A DNA stretch of 64,000 nucleotides from Octopus sinensis (GCF_006345805.1 NC_042998.1:203794001-203858000), one strand, 5' to 3'; positions 1 to 12,984 are shown, numbered from the stretch's first letter. Made by a program: numbers and translations. The notes: generated by a model not told the origin, from the letters alone.

Positions 1-536
1 TTTTAGAAACAATTGTTTGCAGCAAGTACAGTTGACCGTCGGCAGAATCGGTAGAGCGCTGAGCGATCAGTAATGTTGTTTTCAATTACATCTGTTTAGG
101 TTCAAATCTAATTGGGTTTGTCTCTCATTTCCTGGGGTTGGTCAATTACAGTACCGTCATATAGTGGCGAAGGGGTGCCAACTGACCCCACCACCATCGC
201 ACAGCCCTTAGTAGTGTGCTAACATTAGACAACATTATTTACAGCTTCTAAGTAGTCGCTCGATGTGCTAGACATAACAGTGAAATCTCACTCAAATGAC
301 ACCGTAATATTTCAAATAATGACGGTCAATTGGACAGTGTAGTTGCTGAGATAAAAAATAATAATAACAATGTAATCATTGGAATGTAAACAACAGCAGC
401 AATGAGAAATGGTTGAGTGTTGGCAGCATTTAGATAGGTTCATAGTGTTGTGAGTTCGATTCCGACACATGTTGATTTCAGTTTTTACCATCCTGAGGTC
501 GATAACATTTTAATACTAATAGCCACTTATTTGGCT

Positions 537-905
537 TTTTTTCTGTTACTTGTTTCATTCATTTGACCGCGGCCATGCTGGAGGACCGCCTTTAGTCGAA
601 CAAATCGACAACAGGACTTATTCTGTGTAAGCCTAGTACTTATTCTATCGGTGCCTTTTGCCGAACCACTAGTTTACGGGAATATAAACACACCAACATC
701 GGTTGTCGAGCGATGATGGGGAAAAAACACAGACACATAAATACATATGAATTCCTTCAGTTTCCATCTACCAAATCCACTCACAAGGCTTTGGTCATCC
801 TGAGGCTATAGTAAAAGACACTTGCCCAAGGTGTCACGCAGTGGGACTGAACCCGGAACCATGTGGTTGGGAAGCAAGCTTCTTACCACACAACGTGCCT
901 CCGTA
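537..905 (-). mobile_element. tRNA-derived SINE, family A
   Basis: Reverse complement matches the full + copy at 47085-47485 (head ...GGTTCCGGGTTCAGTCCCACTGCG, tail GGTGCTCCAGCATGGCCGCAGTCAAATGACTGAAACAAGTAA). Confidence 0.85.
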
Positions 906-1032
906 TATTTGTCAGTCGTCATAGCACTTGCAGAAGATAACACCGAGAGAAGAGCAAATTCCCAGAGATACTTGTCTGTTGTGAAATTTCGATGCCTTGC
1001 TGAGGCTCATTTCTTTTAACCTATACCGGTAG

Positions 1033-1092
<60 letters not shown>

Positions 1093-1102
1093 CAGTAGTA
1101 GC

Positions 1103-1137
<35 letters not shown>
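1033..1137. repeat. (AGT)n trinucleotide array, probable tail of adjacent SINE
   Basis: Direct reading; lies at the 3' end of the minus-strand SINE at 1142-1501. Confidence 0.9.
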
Positions 1138-1141
1138 AAAT

Positions 1142-1501
1142 AGGGGGACATGAGCTGTAACAGCGCGTCACTAGATCCCTTATTTCTTGGTGATCTGTTA
1201 CTACTGCTGGCGGATGAAGCCTCTGCCTCACCCAGGCATATTCCGCCAACCCACTGGGCAGTCGTTACTGATGAGGCTGTTACAAGGTCGGAGTGCAAAG
1301 CCGACCTCAACCTCTTTTAGTCTCTTTCACGACGCGCAGAGGAAAAGTTGGCGCTTTCCTTTGACATTTTGGTCCCCACAAAGCTGTAGAGCAACGGAAA
1401 ATGATGCAAGAACACAACACACCGCCTGATCAGAGAAACGAACCCACGATCTTCTGGTAACCGTAAGTACAACACCTAGGCACTTGGCCACGCGCCTTCA
1501 C
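1142..1501 (-). mobile_element. tRNA-derived SINE, family D head with a different tail
   Basis: Minus strand starts GTGAAGGCGCGTGGCC..., has a B-box-like GGTTCG and GTGTTGTGTTCTTG core resembling 34190-34525. Confidence 0.65.
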
Positions 1502-2313
1502 CAGTAATTCGCTACTCCGGTAATGGATTGGGGGATAAAACGTAAATGCAACGGTAGCCTATTTGAATTTGTGGAACATATTGTCTGATCAGAATAAGCC
1601 TGTCTTCAGTCGGTTATTTGGACGAGTAACAGATAGAATAATAAATGGTTTCTGGTAAGATAAAGTGAATCTATGGCATGGATACCAGATTCCTGTTTTG
1701 GACCAATTATCTCTCGTGGACGTCGACAGCAACTTCCAATCGTTATAAATTAATTATCGTACAAAGAAACGAGTTTAATGTGATATCTTTAAATCGCCGC
1801 ATCTCTGCTTTCTGCTTTTCCTTCATTTACAATGATAACATCACTGACATATACCATGACACATTACTTGAACAGGAAGCGATCAGTGGTGATTCGATAT
1901 GGAGATCGGGTCCGGGTCATTTCAATCCTTCAAACAGAAAATCAGAGAACCCATAATGCACTTTACGGATCAGGTGATGTGTAGTCACTATGGTAGGACA
2001 TGAGGACAATAATCAACACCTCGCCTGAGCTCTATGTTCACACACACACACACACATTTACATACATACATACCTAGATGCATGCATAAATTATTCTTAC
2101 ACAAGACTATTATTGACAGTAACTCCGAAGTTTCGTCGGACGATGGCTTAGCAGGCCGAAGTTTCGAAGTCACTGTCAATTGTATTCTTAAGAATTTGCA
2201 TTCTACAAAAGTATAGTGAGACCCATCAGATTAAACGTAAAATTGTTTTTATCATTACTGAACAGAAAGAGAAATATTAATACACACACACTCTCTCATA
2301 CATACGTACATAC

Positions 2314-2395
<82 letters not shown>

Positions 2396-2661
2396 AAAAT
2401 AAGCAACAAGGATATCGAAGGTAGTGTAGTACAATTGTTTCATGGTACTTCATTTTATTAAATACTGTAAGTATTACATCGGTTTTAAAATGTCGAGCAA
2501 TCTTGAGCCACATTTAGAATTTTTTATTAAATGGACAATGTACATTTTTATACTTATTTCATTTGCCAACATTACAAAGAGGGTAGATATATAGACAGAG
2601 AGGTTAATTTCATCATTAAGAACACGGTAGTAGAATGTCCTTCTCCATCTGTAGATTTTTT

Positions 2662-2706
<45 letters not shown>

Positions 2707-2754
2707 TATATATATATTATATATATATATATATATATAATATATATATATATA

Positions 2755-3288
2755 TTGTTGTATTTGGGAATGGTCATGTTAGCAGCTTAGCCAATAAAAA
2801 CACACGCACTGTATATATTCGTATTCACTTGCTTCAGCTTTATTTTACATTAAGTGTATTAATATAAACACAAAATGCAAAATACAATTAATATAAAATT
2901 GAGCTGAAGCAAGTGAACACCAAATATACAGTGCGCGTGTTTTTATTGGCTAAACTGGCATCATGACCGTCCCCAAATACAACAATGTCTATTTCAGCAC
3001 ACGAATTCTCATCAAGAATCTTGCAAAACGAATATATAAATATATAAACGTATATATATATATATATACAAAATACAAAATGGCTGACGGTTAGTAAGGA
3101 GAGACACAAATAAGTGAGAAGAAAACAAAGGACCACTGATGCGGTCACAGGAGTGTGACGAAAGAACTTTGGCCGAAATAAGATTAAGATTAATGTAAAA
3201 AATAAATATCACTGAAGCAAAATAACACCAAATATATAGTGCGTGTGTTTTTATTGGCTAAACTGGCATTATGACCATTCCGAAATAT

Positions 3289-3295
<7 letters not shown>
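2755..3295. mobile_element. Penelope-like terminal-repeat cluster (inverted pair plus third copy)
   Basis: About 85-bp inverted repeat 2755-2839 / 2902-2985, a third direct copy at about 3210-3295, and a hammerhead-like motif between them. Confidence 0.55.
3131..3174 (+). ncRNA. degenerate minimal type I hammerhead ribozyme (A9C)
   Basis: GACCA-CTGATGC-G-GTCAC-AGGAGT-GTGAC-GAAA-GAAC-TT-TGGCC: stem I 4/5 bp, stem II 5 bp, stem III 2 bp (A-U, G-C) on a near-palindrome. Confidence 0.55.
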
Positions 3296-3368
<73 letters not shown>

Positions 3369-3509
3369 AAGTAAATAAATGGCACAACGAAGCACCGATA
3401 TTTACTGGAAAATAGCGATTGTAATAAATACGACACTATTGTATAGCTTCACTGCGTATGTACTAGTAAAGATGCGTGTGTGCAACAAACATGAAAAAAA
3501 TTGTCTTAC

Positions 3510-3524
3510 CTCTCGGAAGAACAT
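3510..3524 (-). CDS. candidate 15-nt microexon (or 3' end of a longer exon)
   Basis: Minus strand ttttcattttcag|ATGTTCTTCCGAGAG|gtaaga in non-repetitive DNA; supported by splice signals only. Confidence 0.25.
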
Positions 3525-3864
3525 CTGAAAATGAAAAACCTAGAAACGGATAATGCAGGACCGTTTTCAGACTCTTCAAAATACGGTTGCCAACGTATAT
3601 TTGATTTGTCATCATCAGCTGCATAAACCTAATACTTTTTAACCTAATAATTCCACTATTTCGTCAATCAGAAAAAGACAAAATCGAGTTGCTGGCTGGT
3701 TTGGCAGTTCAAAATTGTGTCAATTTGGAGAGAGAAAGAGAGAGGGAGAGAGAAAGAGAAAAAAATTATGACAGACGAAAGAGAGGGAGAGGAAAAAAAA
3801 GGGGAAAAAATCCAACTATAAATAGCACTAATTACTAATATATATATGTATCTTCTTCTCTTAT

Positions 3865-4242
3865 GCACTCCGTCGGTTACGACGACGAGGGTTCCGGTTG
3901 ATCCGATCAACGGAACAGCCTGCTCGTGAAATTAACGTGTAAGTGGCTGAGCACTCCACAGACACGTGTACCCTTAACGTAGTTCTCGGGGATATTCAGC
4001 GTGACACAGAGAGTGACAAGGCCGGCCCTTTGAAAAAAAGGTACAACAGAAACAGGAAGTAAGAGTGAGAGAAAGTTGTGGTGAAAGAGTACAGCAGGGA
4101 TCACCACCATCCCCTGCCGGAGCCTTGTGGAGCTTTAGGTGTTTTCGCTCAATAAACACTCACAACGCCCGGTCTGGGAATCGAAACCGCGAACCTATGA
4201 CCGCGAGTCCGCTGCCCTAACCACTGGGCCATTGCGCCTCCA
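3865..4242 (-). mobile_element. tRNA-derived SINE, family B, full length
   Basis: A box TGGCCCAGTGG and B box GGTTTCGATTCC on the minus strand; reverse complement of 4243-4612. Confidence 0.9.
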
Positions 4243-4612
4243 CAATGGCCCAGTGGTTAGGGCAGCGGACTCGCGGTCGTAGAATCATGGTTTCGATTCC
4301 CAGACCGGGCGTTGTGAGTGTTTATTGAGCGAAAACACCTAAAGCTCCACGAGGCTCCGGCAGGGATGGTGGTGATCCCTGCTGAACTCTTTCACCACAA
4401 ATTTCTCTCACTCTTACTTCCTGTTTCTGTTGTACCTTTTTTTCAAAGGACCGGCCTTGTCACTCTCTGTGTCACGCTGAATATCCCCGAGAACTACGTT
4501 AAGGGTATACGTGTCTGTGGAGTGCTCAGCCACTTACTCGTTAATTTCACGAGCAGGTTGTTTCGTTGATTCGGATCAACAGGAACCCTCGTCGTCGTAA
4601 CCGACGGAGTGC
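4243..4612 (+). mobile_element. tRNA-derived SINE, family B (first few nt missing)
   Basis: CAATGGCCCAGTGGTTAGGGCAGCGGACTC...GGTTTCGATTCCCAGACCGGGCG...GTCGTCGTAACCGACGGAGTGC. Confidence 0.9.
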
Positions 4613-4677
4613 TTCCACACACACACACCACACACACACACACACACATACACACACACCACACACACACATATATA

Positions 4678-4724
<47 letters not shown>

Positions 4725-4749
4725 CATATACATACATACATATATATGT

Positions 4750-4925
4750 CCTGTTATTTGCATTTGTATTTGTGCGCCATTTCTCTGTATTTTCCCGTCC
4801 TTGTTTTTGTATACATTCCCTGTTTTCTTCCAAGGAATCTAATACTCTTAGCTTAGTTTTTCCTTGGGACTGCCCAGATTGGAGCAATCTCGAGTACAAC
4901 CAGCCGAAATGGCAAAAGATAATCC
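4750..4925. mobile_element. fragment of a Penelope-like repeat (possibly related to 48158-48515)
   Basis: Shares CCCGTCCTTGTTTTTGTAT with 48412-48435; T-rich terminal-repeat-like composition. Confidence 0.35.
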
Positions 4926-5904
4926 GTAACATTTTATAGGTAACAAAGGATAATTATAATAATCTATATAATCATAAATTTAGTACGCGTCATCATTATC
5001 CTCACCATTTAACGTCCGTTTTCCATGCTGGCATGAGTAGGACGATCTGGCATGCGCTGACCAGCGGAAGAGCTGCCCGGTTCCATGTCTGTTTCAGAAT
5101 GGTTTCTACAGTCGGATACACCCACGCACATCCATCCACGCACATACACATCCGAATGGTTACACGATCTGAACTCGGAACACATGAGAACGAAAGAAGA
5201 ACTGCAGTCGTAAGGTTCGCTGTTCTTCACTTGTCGCCACATTTCGCTCTTTAAAAATGAAGAAAAAAAAGCGACAACAAAAAAGTCCGTCGAAAGGAAA
5301 CCGTCAAAGAACACATGCTTCGTACTGCAATTTCCTGTACCTGTGCACATGCATCTATTTAAATATTTAGTGAAACTGAAGCATGGCTGATAATCAAATC
5401 CATTAGAATCCCGGAAATGCATATAGAAGCTACGGAAGACCAGTAGCGAATTACAATAACATCATAAGACGTGGAAGGCCAACCTAACAAAAAGTGTTCC
5501 TGTTATAAATAATAATGAACGAAAGCTGTTCACCTCGGTATAAAGTGATGGTTGTTGTTGTTGTTGTTGTTGTTGCTGTTGTTGTTTCTATTGATAAAAG
5601 ATATTTCGTTCTTATTTCGATTTTCGTATTAACCTATATTGAGTCCAATGATTGCTTGGACTCGACATGCTATTTTAATTAACCATCGACGAGGTTTCCG
5701 ATAAAAATCTTGTTACATCAATGTAAAGGTTAGTTCAATGTTGTTTTGGCTCTATGTTTGTTTAGTCAACTCGGCGGTGTCTCATTTCTATAGAGACTGA
5801 TTTGTAGAGACAAGCTATGAGACGAAGGGTACCCTGTGCTCTATCAGCGATGGAGGTGGGGCGGGGGAATGCCGAGATTTTAATATGCATGCCTTTCTGA
5901 AACG

Positions 5905-6005
5905 ACAAGGATTCCAGTTGATCCAATCAATGGAACAGCCTGCTCGTGAAATTAACGTGCAAGTGGCTGAGCACTCCACAGACACGCGAACTCTTAATAT
6001 AGTTC
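5905..6005 (-). mobile_element. SINE family B 3' fragment
   Basis: GGAACAGCCTGCTCGTGAAATTAACGTGCAAGTGGCTGAGCACTCCACAGACACG matches 3913-3965. Confidence 0.85.
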
Positions 6006-6344
6006 ATCTTACGACCGTGATTCGAACACACCAACCACTATACCACGCGCCTTCACGCATAATAACATAGTTAAATGCTTGTGGTCACCATGATCTTATA
6101 GTGACCATATGCATGCAAATATCTATATAGTTTAATAAAGTCACCATATGGATACTTATAATAAAAAAGAGCAGAATCAGAGAAAAAAAAACAATAATAC
6201 AGAATTAACCAAAATTAATTAATTAATTAACCAGAATTAACCAGAACTGTTTTAATAATAAATTTCTGGACTGTTGATTGATTGCTTTGTCTTAATTGTT
6301 TATTACCACCCTGGTAAAAGACACGAAACTGCATAACATTATTC

Positions 6345-7090
6345 TTATCTTTTACTTGTTTCAGTCATCAGACTGCGACCAGGCTGGAGCACCGCCTTGA
6401 GGAATTTTAGTCGAACAAAGCAACCCCAAATCTTATTTTATTCTTTAAGCCTGTTACTTATTCTATCGGTATCTTTTGCAGAACCGCAAGGTTACGAGGA
6501 CGTAAACACACCAACGCCGATTACCAAGCAGTGATGGAAGAAGATTTTGTTTCCCTCGACCCGGACCTGCCGATGCAGGCTTCCCTGCAGGCGGCAGAAA
6601 ACTTACTTGGGGGCCCGGATGAGGAAGACGAAGAATAATGACAAATACATTTTTGTAATTTTAATTTTTTAATTTTTGTGATTATAATTTTGATTTATAT
6701 TGATTTAAATTGAACAGTGATTTCGAGGGGTTATCGGTCGGCGGGCGCCGGTGCCCCACCCATTATTATTATTTTTTTTCCATCTTTGTCGTTTTCATAC
6801 ACATTAATGTCTCTGTCCAGCGCGCAGCTACCTTTATCTGTGTTCGACCTTCATGGTCAATTCGATGGACTAAAGCAGTGATGGAGGACAAATACAGAGA
6901 CACACACACAAACTCACACGCACACACACACACATATATACCGCGTTTCTTTCAGTTTCCGTCAGCCAAATCCATCACGAAGTTTTGGTCAGCCCAAGGA
7001 CATAGTAGAAGACATTTGCCCAAGGTGTCACACAGTGGGGCTGAACCCAGAACCATGAGATTGAGAAGAAAACTTCTTACCACATAGACA
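6345..7090 (-). mobile_element. SINE family A interrupted by a 334-bp insertion
   Basis: Family A sequence at 6345-6538 and 6873-7090 is contiguous once the insert is removed. Confidence 0.8.
6539..6872. other. unclassified insertion with 13-bp target-site duplication
   Basis: AAGCAGTGATGGA at 6526-6538 and 6873-6885; + strand reads EDFVSLDPDLPMQASLQAAENLLGGPDEEDEE* followed by T-rich sequence. Confidence 0.75.
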
Positions 7091-7779
7091 TGTCTGCCCT
7101 TATAGTCCAGCATTCTGATATTGCCTCGCCGTCCATCAACTTTATGAAGATAATGAGCGGGGTTTCATATTGATTAATTGATAGAATGGTTGATTAGCTG
7201 ACGACAGCAGTTATGAGAAAGAAACTACTAAAAGAACGCCGGAACATTAATTTTAAAATGGTTGCTGATTCGTTTAGGGCCCCAGTTTAATTGTAATTAG
7301 AAATATCTTTATATAAGAACGTAATCTTGTCTAGATGCATGCACTATTCTTAACATTGTCACAGCTATTATGACGCCCTTTTGTAGTATCTCCTTTAACG
7401 AGGAAGATTAGCTAATTGTTCCCTATAGATATCACAAGAAGCATTAAGATTGTCCGCAGAGGATTATCTCTAATTATAAAATTACTCGTTGGTACAATCA
7501 TAGACATGTCCAGTATTAAATACATTTACAGTTCTTTCATTGTAATGAATGAAAACCAGAGAGAAGAGAGCCGAAAACTTAAAGAGATCGCATTAAACAT
7601 CCTCCTTTTCGTCATCCTCAACGACGGCTCGTTTTCATTGTTGTTATTGAATTTGCTGCTAATGAAGATAATATAATTAGGAGAATATTGATGTATTCCA
7701 GCGCAAACGTATAAACCAGAGACGGATTAAGGTTGACTGGCGTTTCTGTGTAACTGTAGTTAACATAATTTTATAGAAA

Positions 7780-7780
<1 letters not shown>

Positions 7781-7832
<52 letters not shown>

Positions 7833-7837
7833 CTCTA

Positions 7838-7885
<48 letters not shown>

Positions 7886-7886
7886 C

Positions 7887-7929
<43 letters not shown>

Positions 7930-7936
7930 CATCTAT

Positions 7937-8015
<79 letters not shown>

Positions 8016-8016
8016 C
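7781..8016. repeat. (TATC)n/(GATA)n array
   Basis: Direct reading; similar arrays near 23495, 32418, 41144, 44510, 45290 and 48980. Confidence 0.95.
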
Positions 8017-8724
8017 CTCAGTTTCTTTCCTCTCCTATTCATCTTCATGTCTATTTATATGAAACATAAACCTATTGTCCTCGCAGCATTCATTGTATCA
8101 GCGCTTGATTACAATGTTACTATTTACGTACAGATTTACCAGACAAGATTTGTCTAATCCGACCGAGTCGTCTCACACACAAAGCTTTATTTCTTTCTTT
8201 CCGGGTTTTCTTTTTCGCGGCATCAATACTTTCCTTTAAAGTGGTTCATTTAAAATTGTGTAATGGCTTTGATCATCGATCGACTTATGCCAAACTGACT
8301 TGGGGCTCTGCACCGACAATGACCATAATGTTTAATAATGGTTTCAAATTCTGGCACAAGGCCAGCAATTTTCGGAGGTGAGGGTCAGTCAATTACATCG
8401 ATGCCAGTTCTCAACTGGTTCTTATATTATCTTGAATATGAACTCAGAAGATTAAAAAAACAGGAAGGAATGCTGGGAAGCATCTTTTACCGGCGCCCTA
8501 ACAATTCTGACAGTCCGCCATCTTACAACCACGATTAATTTTAAATATTTCATTTATTGGGAAATAAAAGATTTATAAGGAAGGTTCATAAACATTTATA
8601 TATTATCGGCACATATTTGAGGAACCACGGCGCTCGAAAAGATAAATATTAACGAAGTTTAGAACAGGGTTATTGCTACAAGCAAACATCGTGGGCTGCA
8701 CCCAGTGAAGTCCCACTCAACTAA

Positions 8725-9123
8725 TCTTTATATATAAAAGTGAGGTTGTGTGGTGTCTGTCTCCTACGATTTAGATTCCTAACTACTCCCACATTTTGCG
8801 GTGCAGTTTAACCAAAACCGAGTATCTTATAGTTCTGATTCATATCGAGCCCTTCTGTGTATTAGCGCGCGTCTAAGATGAGTCTACGATTTTAAAAATA
8901 ATTTAACATCATTTTTTTCCATTTTAATGCATTTTTCGCTATTATATAAGGGAAGTAACTCTCTAAAAATGTCTACGATGAGTCTACGATTTAAAAAAAA
9001 TTTACCATCATTTTTTTTCCATTTTTAATGCATTTTTTTGCTATCTTTTGGCTATAACTCTCTAAAAATGCTTATATAGTTATTTCCCTTACAAACCCGA
9101 GCAACGCCGGGCGATACTGCTAG
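8725..9123 (+). mobile_element. complete non-autonomous Helitron, 399 bp
   Basis: A|TC 5' end, 3' hairpin CCCGAGCAACGCCGGG then CTAG|T; no TSD; internal tandem duplication of about 100 bp. Confidence 0.9.
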
Positions 9124-9574
9124 TTGATATTAAATCACAAAGGGACACACTCCAGTCTCTGGGCAGGAGGCATGCTGCGTCCCTTCTCTATCTCTTCAAC
9201 CACTACTGTTATGGTCTCATATACACACTTGTCCTTCTACCTCTTGTCAACGAGTTGTGCCCAGTTTTTTTTCGCTTCTTTACAAAACATTATGACCATT
9301 TCCTTCTTCCCAGTTCATCGACTTTCTCGAAGCTTCCTGTTCAGGTCTTTCCTGCAAGTGTTGAGATACCACAGTTTAAACAAAACAACAACAGCAACAA
9401 CCGCACAAGGCTTTAAGGCAAGGCTTCTCGATCATTTTTAACCAATGGACTCCTTGGATTCCTATTTTGCTCTGACCAAAACTCCTGGTCATTTGATGTG
9501 TAAAAAAATCATTATATTTTAATAATGAAATGTTATTAGGAATTATAGAATTAAAAAAAAAGTTTTTTTTAAAA

Positions 9575-9806
9575 TTCTTTTATTCTTTTGGTTGTTTCAG
9601 CAATTTCACTGCGGCCATACTGGAGCACTACCTTTAGTCGAACAAATCGACCCAGGGGACTTATTCTTTGTAAGCCTAGTACTTATTCTATGGGTCTCTT
9701 TTGCCGAACCGCTTGGTTATGAGGACATCAACATCAACATCGGTTTTCAAGTGTTAGCGGCGGGGGACAAACATAGACAGACACACACAATGTATATCTA
9801 TATATA

Positions 9807-9864
<58 letters not shown>

Positions 9865-10025
9865 TATTTATATATATATATATATAATATGACGGGTTTC
9901 TTTCAGTTTCCGTTTACCAAATCCACTCACAAAGCTTTGGTCGACTATAGTAGAAGACACTTATCCAAGATGCCACGCAGTGGGACTGAACCCGGAACCA
10001 TGTGGATGGTAAAGCAAGCTTATTA
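9575..10025 (-). mobile_element. SINE family A
   Basis: Matches other family A copies; internal (TA)n expansion. Confidence 0.85.
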
Positions 10026-10541
10026 AGTTGTCAAAATAATTTGAGTATTGTAAACGTGTATAACCAATTTATTGCAGATGAATTTTAACAAAAAAAAACT
10101 TACATGGAACCGCAAGGGCCATTTGGACCCCCAAGAGCTCTATGGACCCTGGTTGAGAAGCACTTCTTTGAAGAGGCTTACAATACTATGAGCATTGTCT
10201 CCTCCTCCTCCTGACTCAACAAATAGTAGAATATAACAGGATTTGTATCTTTTTCTGACGAATAAAACGGAGGTTGTTGGATTAAGAACAGAAGAATGGT
10301 AAATAAAGGTTAAAGAGTATTATGTTCAATTTGTGACAGTAGAAGCCATGTTGAATATTTTGAGAAGCAAACAAATCTCGGAAACTAATTGCATCGAACG
10401 AATAAGATTGTTATTAACGACGCTAAGCTTCTTGTCCGAGTATAATCTTGAAATAACTACGTCTTGCACGGTTTTATGAATACTAAAGTCAGCTATGCAC
10501 AAACACAAATACCTTCCACCTACGCTATACACACACACACA

Positions 10542-10612
<71 letters not shown>

Positions 10613-10746
10613 ATATATATATATATATAAAGTTAATCCAAACAAGAAAACACAGAAAAAAAGAGAAAAAAAGAGAAAAAAACACAGCAACGCAGGACGT
10701 GGAACAATTAAAGTATTATTGACGCTCAGGAAAGAAGGGAAGGAGG

Positions 10747-10781
10747 GTTTAACGTTTCGAGCGGAGCTCTTCGTCGGAAAC
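10747..10781 (-). ncRNA. minimal type I hammerhead ribozyme motif (U4C, one extra A)
   Basis: Minus strand GTTT-CCGACGA-A-GAGC-TCC-GCTC-GAAAC-GTT-AAAC: stem I 4 bp, stem II 4 bp, stem III is the palindrome ACGT; predicted cleavage after GUU (10751). Confidence 0.6.
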
Positions 10782-11549
10782 AAGGAGAAGGAAAGGTCCC
10801 AAGGAGGGAAGACAGAGGAGAAAATATATGAGCTGGTGGTGCTTAAGAGATTACATGTTGAAAGAACAGAATTTGAAGGTGGTTGAAAAATGATTTTATA
10901 ATGCAAGAGAGTTCCAAAAAAAGGAATGACTCTGTGTGTGTGTGTGTGTGTGCAAGATGACAAGTGTGTTTGTGCGTGTGTGTGTGTGTGTGTGTATGTT
11001 TGGTGAATAAAGCCAATGACAAAGTCAGCTGTCATGATGACTGCTAGCTGTTTGTGTCAAGCCAGGTCAAAGCCGGGTCAAAAAAACAAAGGCCTATATG
11101 TATCATGTGTGTGTGTTGGTTGTAGTGTGTGTGTGTGCATGTGTGTGTTCGTGTGTGTATGCGTTGAGTGTGGGTGTGTGGCGAGTAACTGTTTAGCCTA
11201 GTACGTGTGTGCTTGTACGTGCGTGTGTGTGTGTGTATATACACAACATACATGTGTGTGTGTGTATATTTAAGGCACAAGCCTTGTTGAAACTCCATTT
11301 CTTGGGGATGGTCACATTACCACATGCAAGATATAAAGTATTACATTTGCAGCTGATATTTCTTGCTTTCTCGGATTCTCATCGACCAACCAAAAATCTT
11401 GGCACTGGCGAAGATCACGTGATACTATTGATGAAATTTCAGTTCTCTTTGATTAAACCCAAACACCCTGGTGCTGCCGGAAAGACGGGTAGAGCAGATT
11501 TTAGCGATGTTCAATCCTTACCTTGCATCCCAGAAGTAACATGGCTTCA

Positions 11550-11582
11550 TCGTCATCACTGTCATCACTGTCATCATCATCG

Positions 11583-11613
<31 letters not shown>

Positions 11614-11691
11614 TAGCGTGAACACCATCACCAGCAGCACAACCACCACTACTACCACTGCCGCCGCCACCGTCACCGTAGGCAACGTCAT

Positions 11692-11731
<40 letters not shown>

Positions 11732-11784
11732 TTCACCACCACCACTACCACCGTGGCCGCCGTCGTCGTTGTCATCGACATCAT

Positions 11785-11785
<1 letters not shown>
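11550..11785. repeat. mixed (CAT)/(CAG)/(CAC) trinucleotide low-complexity tract
   Basis: Direct reading; all frames give homopolymeric peptides. Confidence 0.85.
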
Positions 11786-12225
<440 letters not shown>

Positions 12226-12563
12226 TATATATATAAATGACTGATCACATGAGGGTGCACGTTTATACAGCTATAGCTGAATAATATTTGGCAGCCGATA
12301 CCCAGAGAGGAGAGTTATTGAAAAGTGATGGGGTACTCATTTCTTCAGGAGAAAGACAAAACTGAAAAATGGAAATCAAGTTATTCTTATTGTTTATGCC
12401 GGTTGCGATTGTTTCCCAGTTTTCATTGACCTCTAATATTACTGTGGTAATACAGATATATAGCGGGCCATCTTTGAAATCTGATTCTAAATTAATATAT
12501 ACTCTGTGTTTAAAACGTATTGAGATTTTCATTGAAATGTTTTCGTTTTTTGATAGTTTGTAC

Positions 12564-12598
<35 letters not shown>

Positions 12599-12915
12599 CG
12601 TGTGCGTGTGTATGTGTGTGTGTGCGTGTGCGTGTGTGTGTTAGTGGAGTTAAGACTGAGAATTAAGATTGAGTAACAAGAAAAGAGTAACAATTTGATT
12701 AATTAATTCCAGGCTATTTTTTTCAGAAGTGGGATGTGCACACGGAAGTTTCATATTTCTTGTGTAGACAAGAAATGCTCTTATTTGTAAAAAGAAAAAA
12801 TAGAACAGAACCTTTAGTAAATAGAATAAGGATATTCTCAGTATTACATAGACTGCAGGGTTTATATACATATAAGCTGAAACACATCCGCACACATGTA
12901 CACACGCACACACGC

Positions 12916-12984
<69 letters not shown>

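Noticed and set aside
4243-4320. tRNA-like sequences (also 21357, 34190, 47085)
   Set aside because: They have A and B boxes but no complete cloverleaf, and they continue into multicopy SINE bodies, so they are SINE heads rather than tRNA genes.
7416-7676. 86-aa ORF in unique DNA
   Set aside because: Non-ATG start, no recognisable motif and no consistent splice signals.
11501-11560. Minus-strand donor AAG|gtaagg at about 11520 as an exon end
   Set aside because: The upstream sequence is trinucleotide low-complexity DNA with no supportable acceptor.
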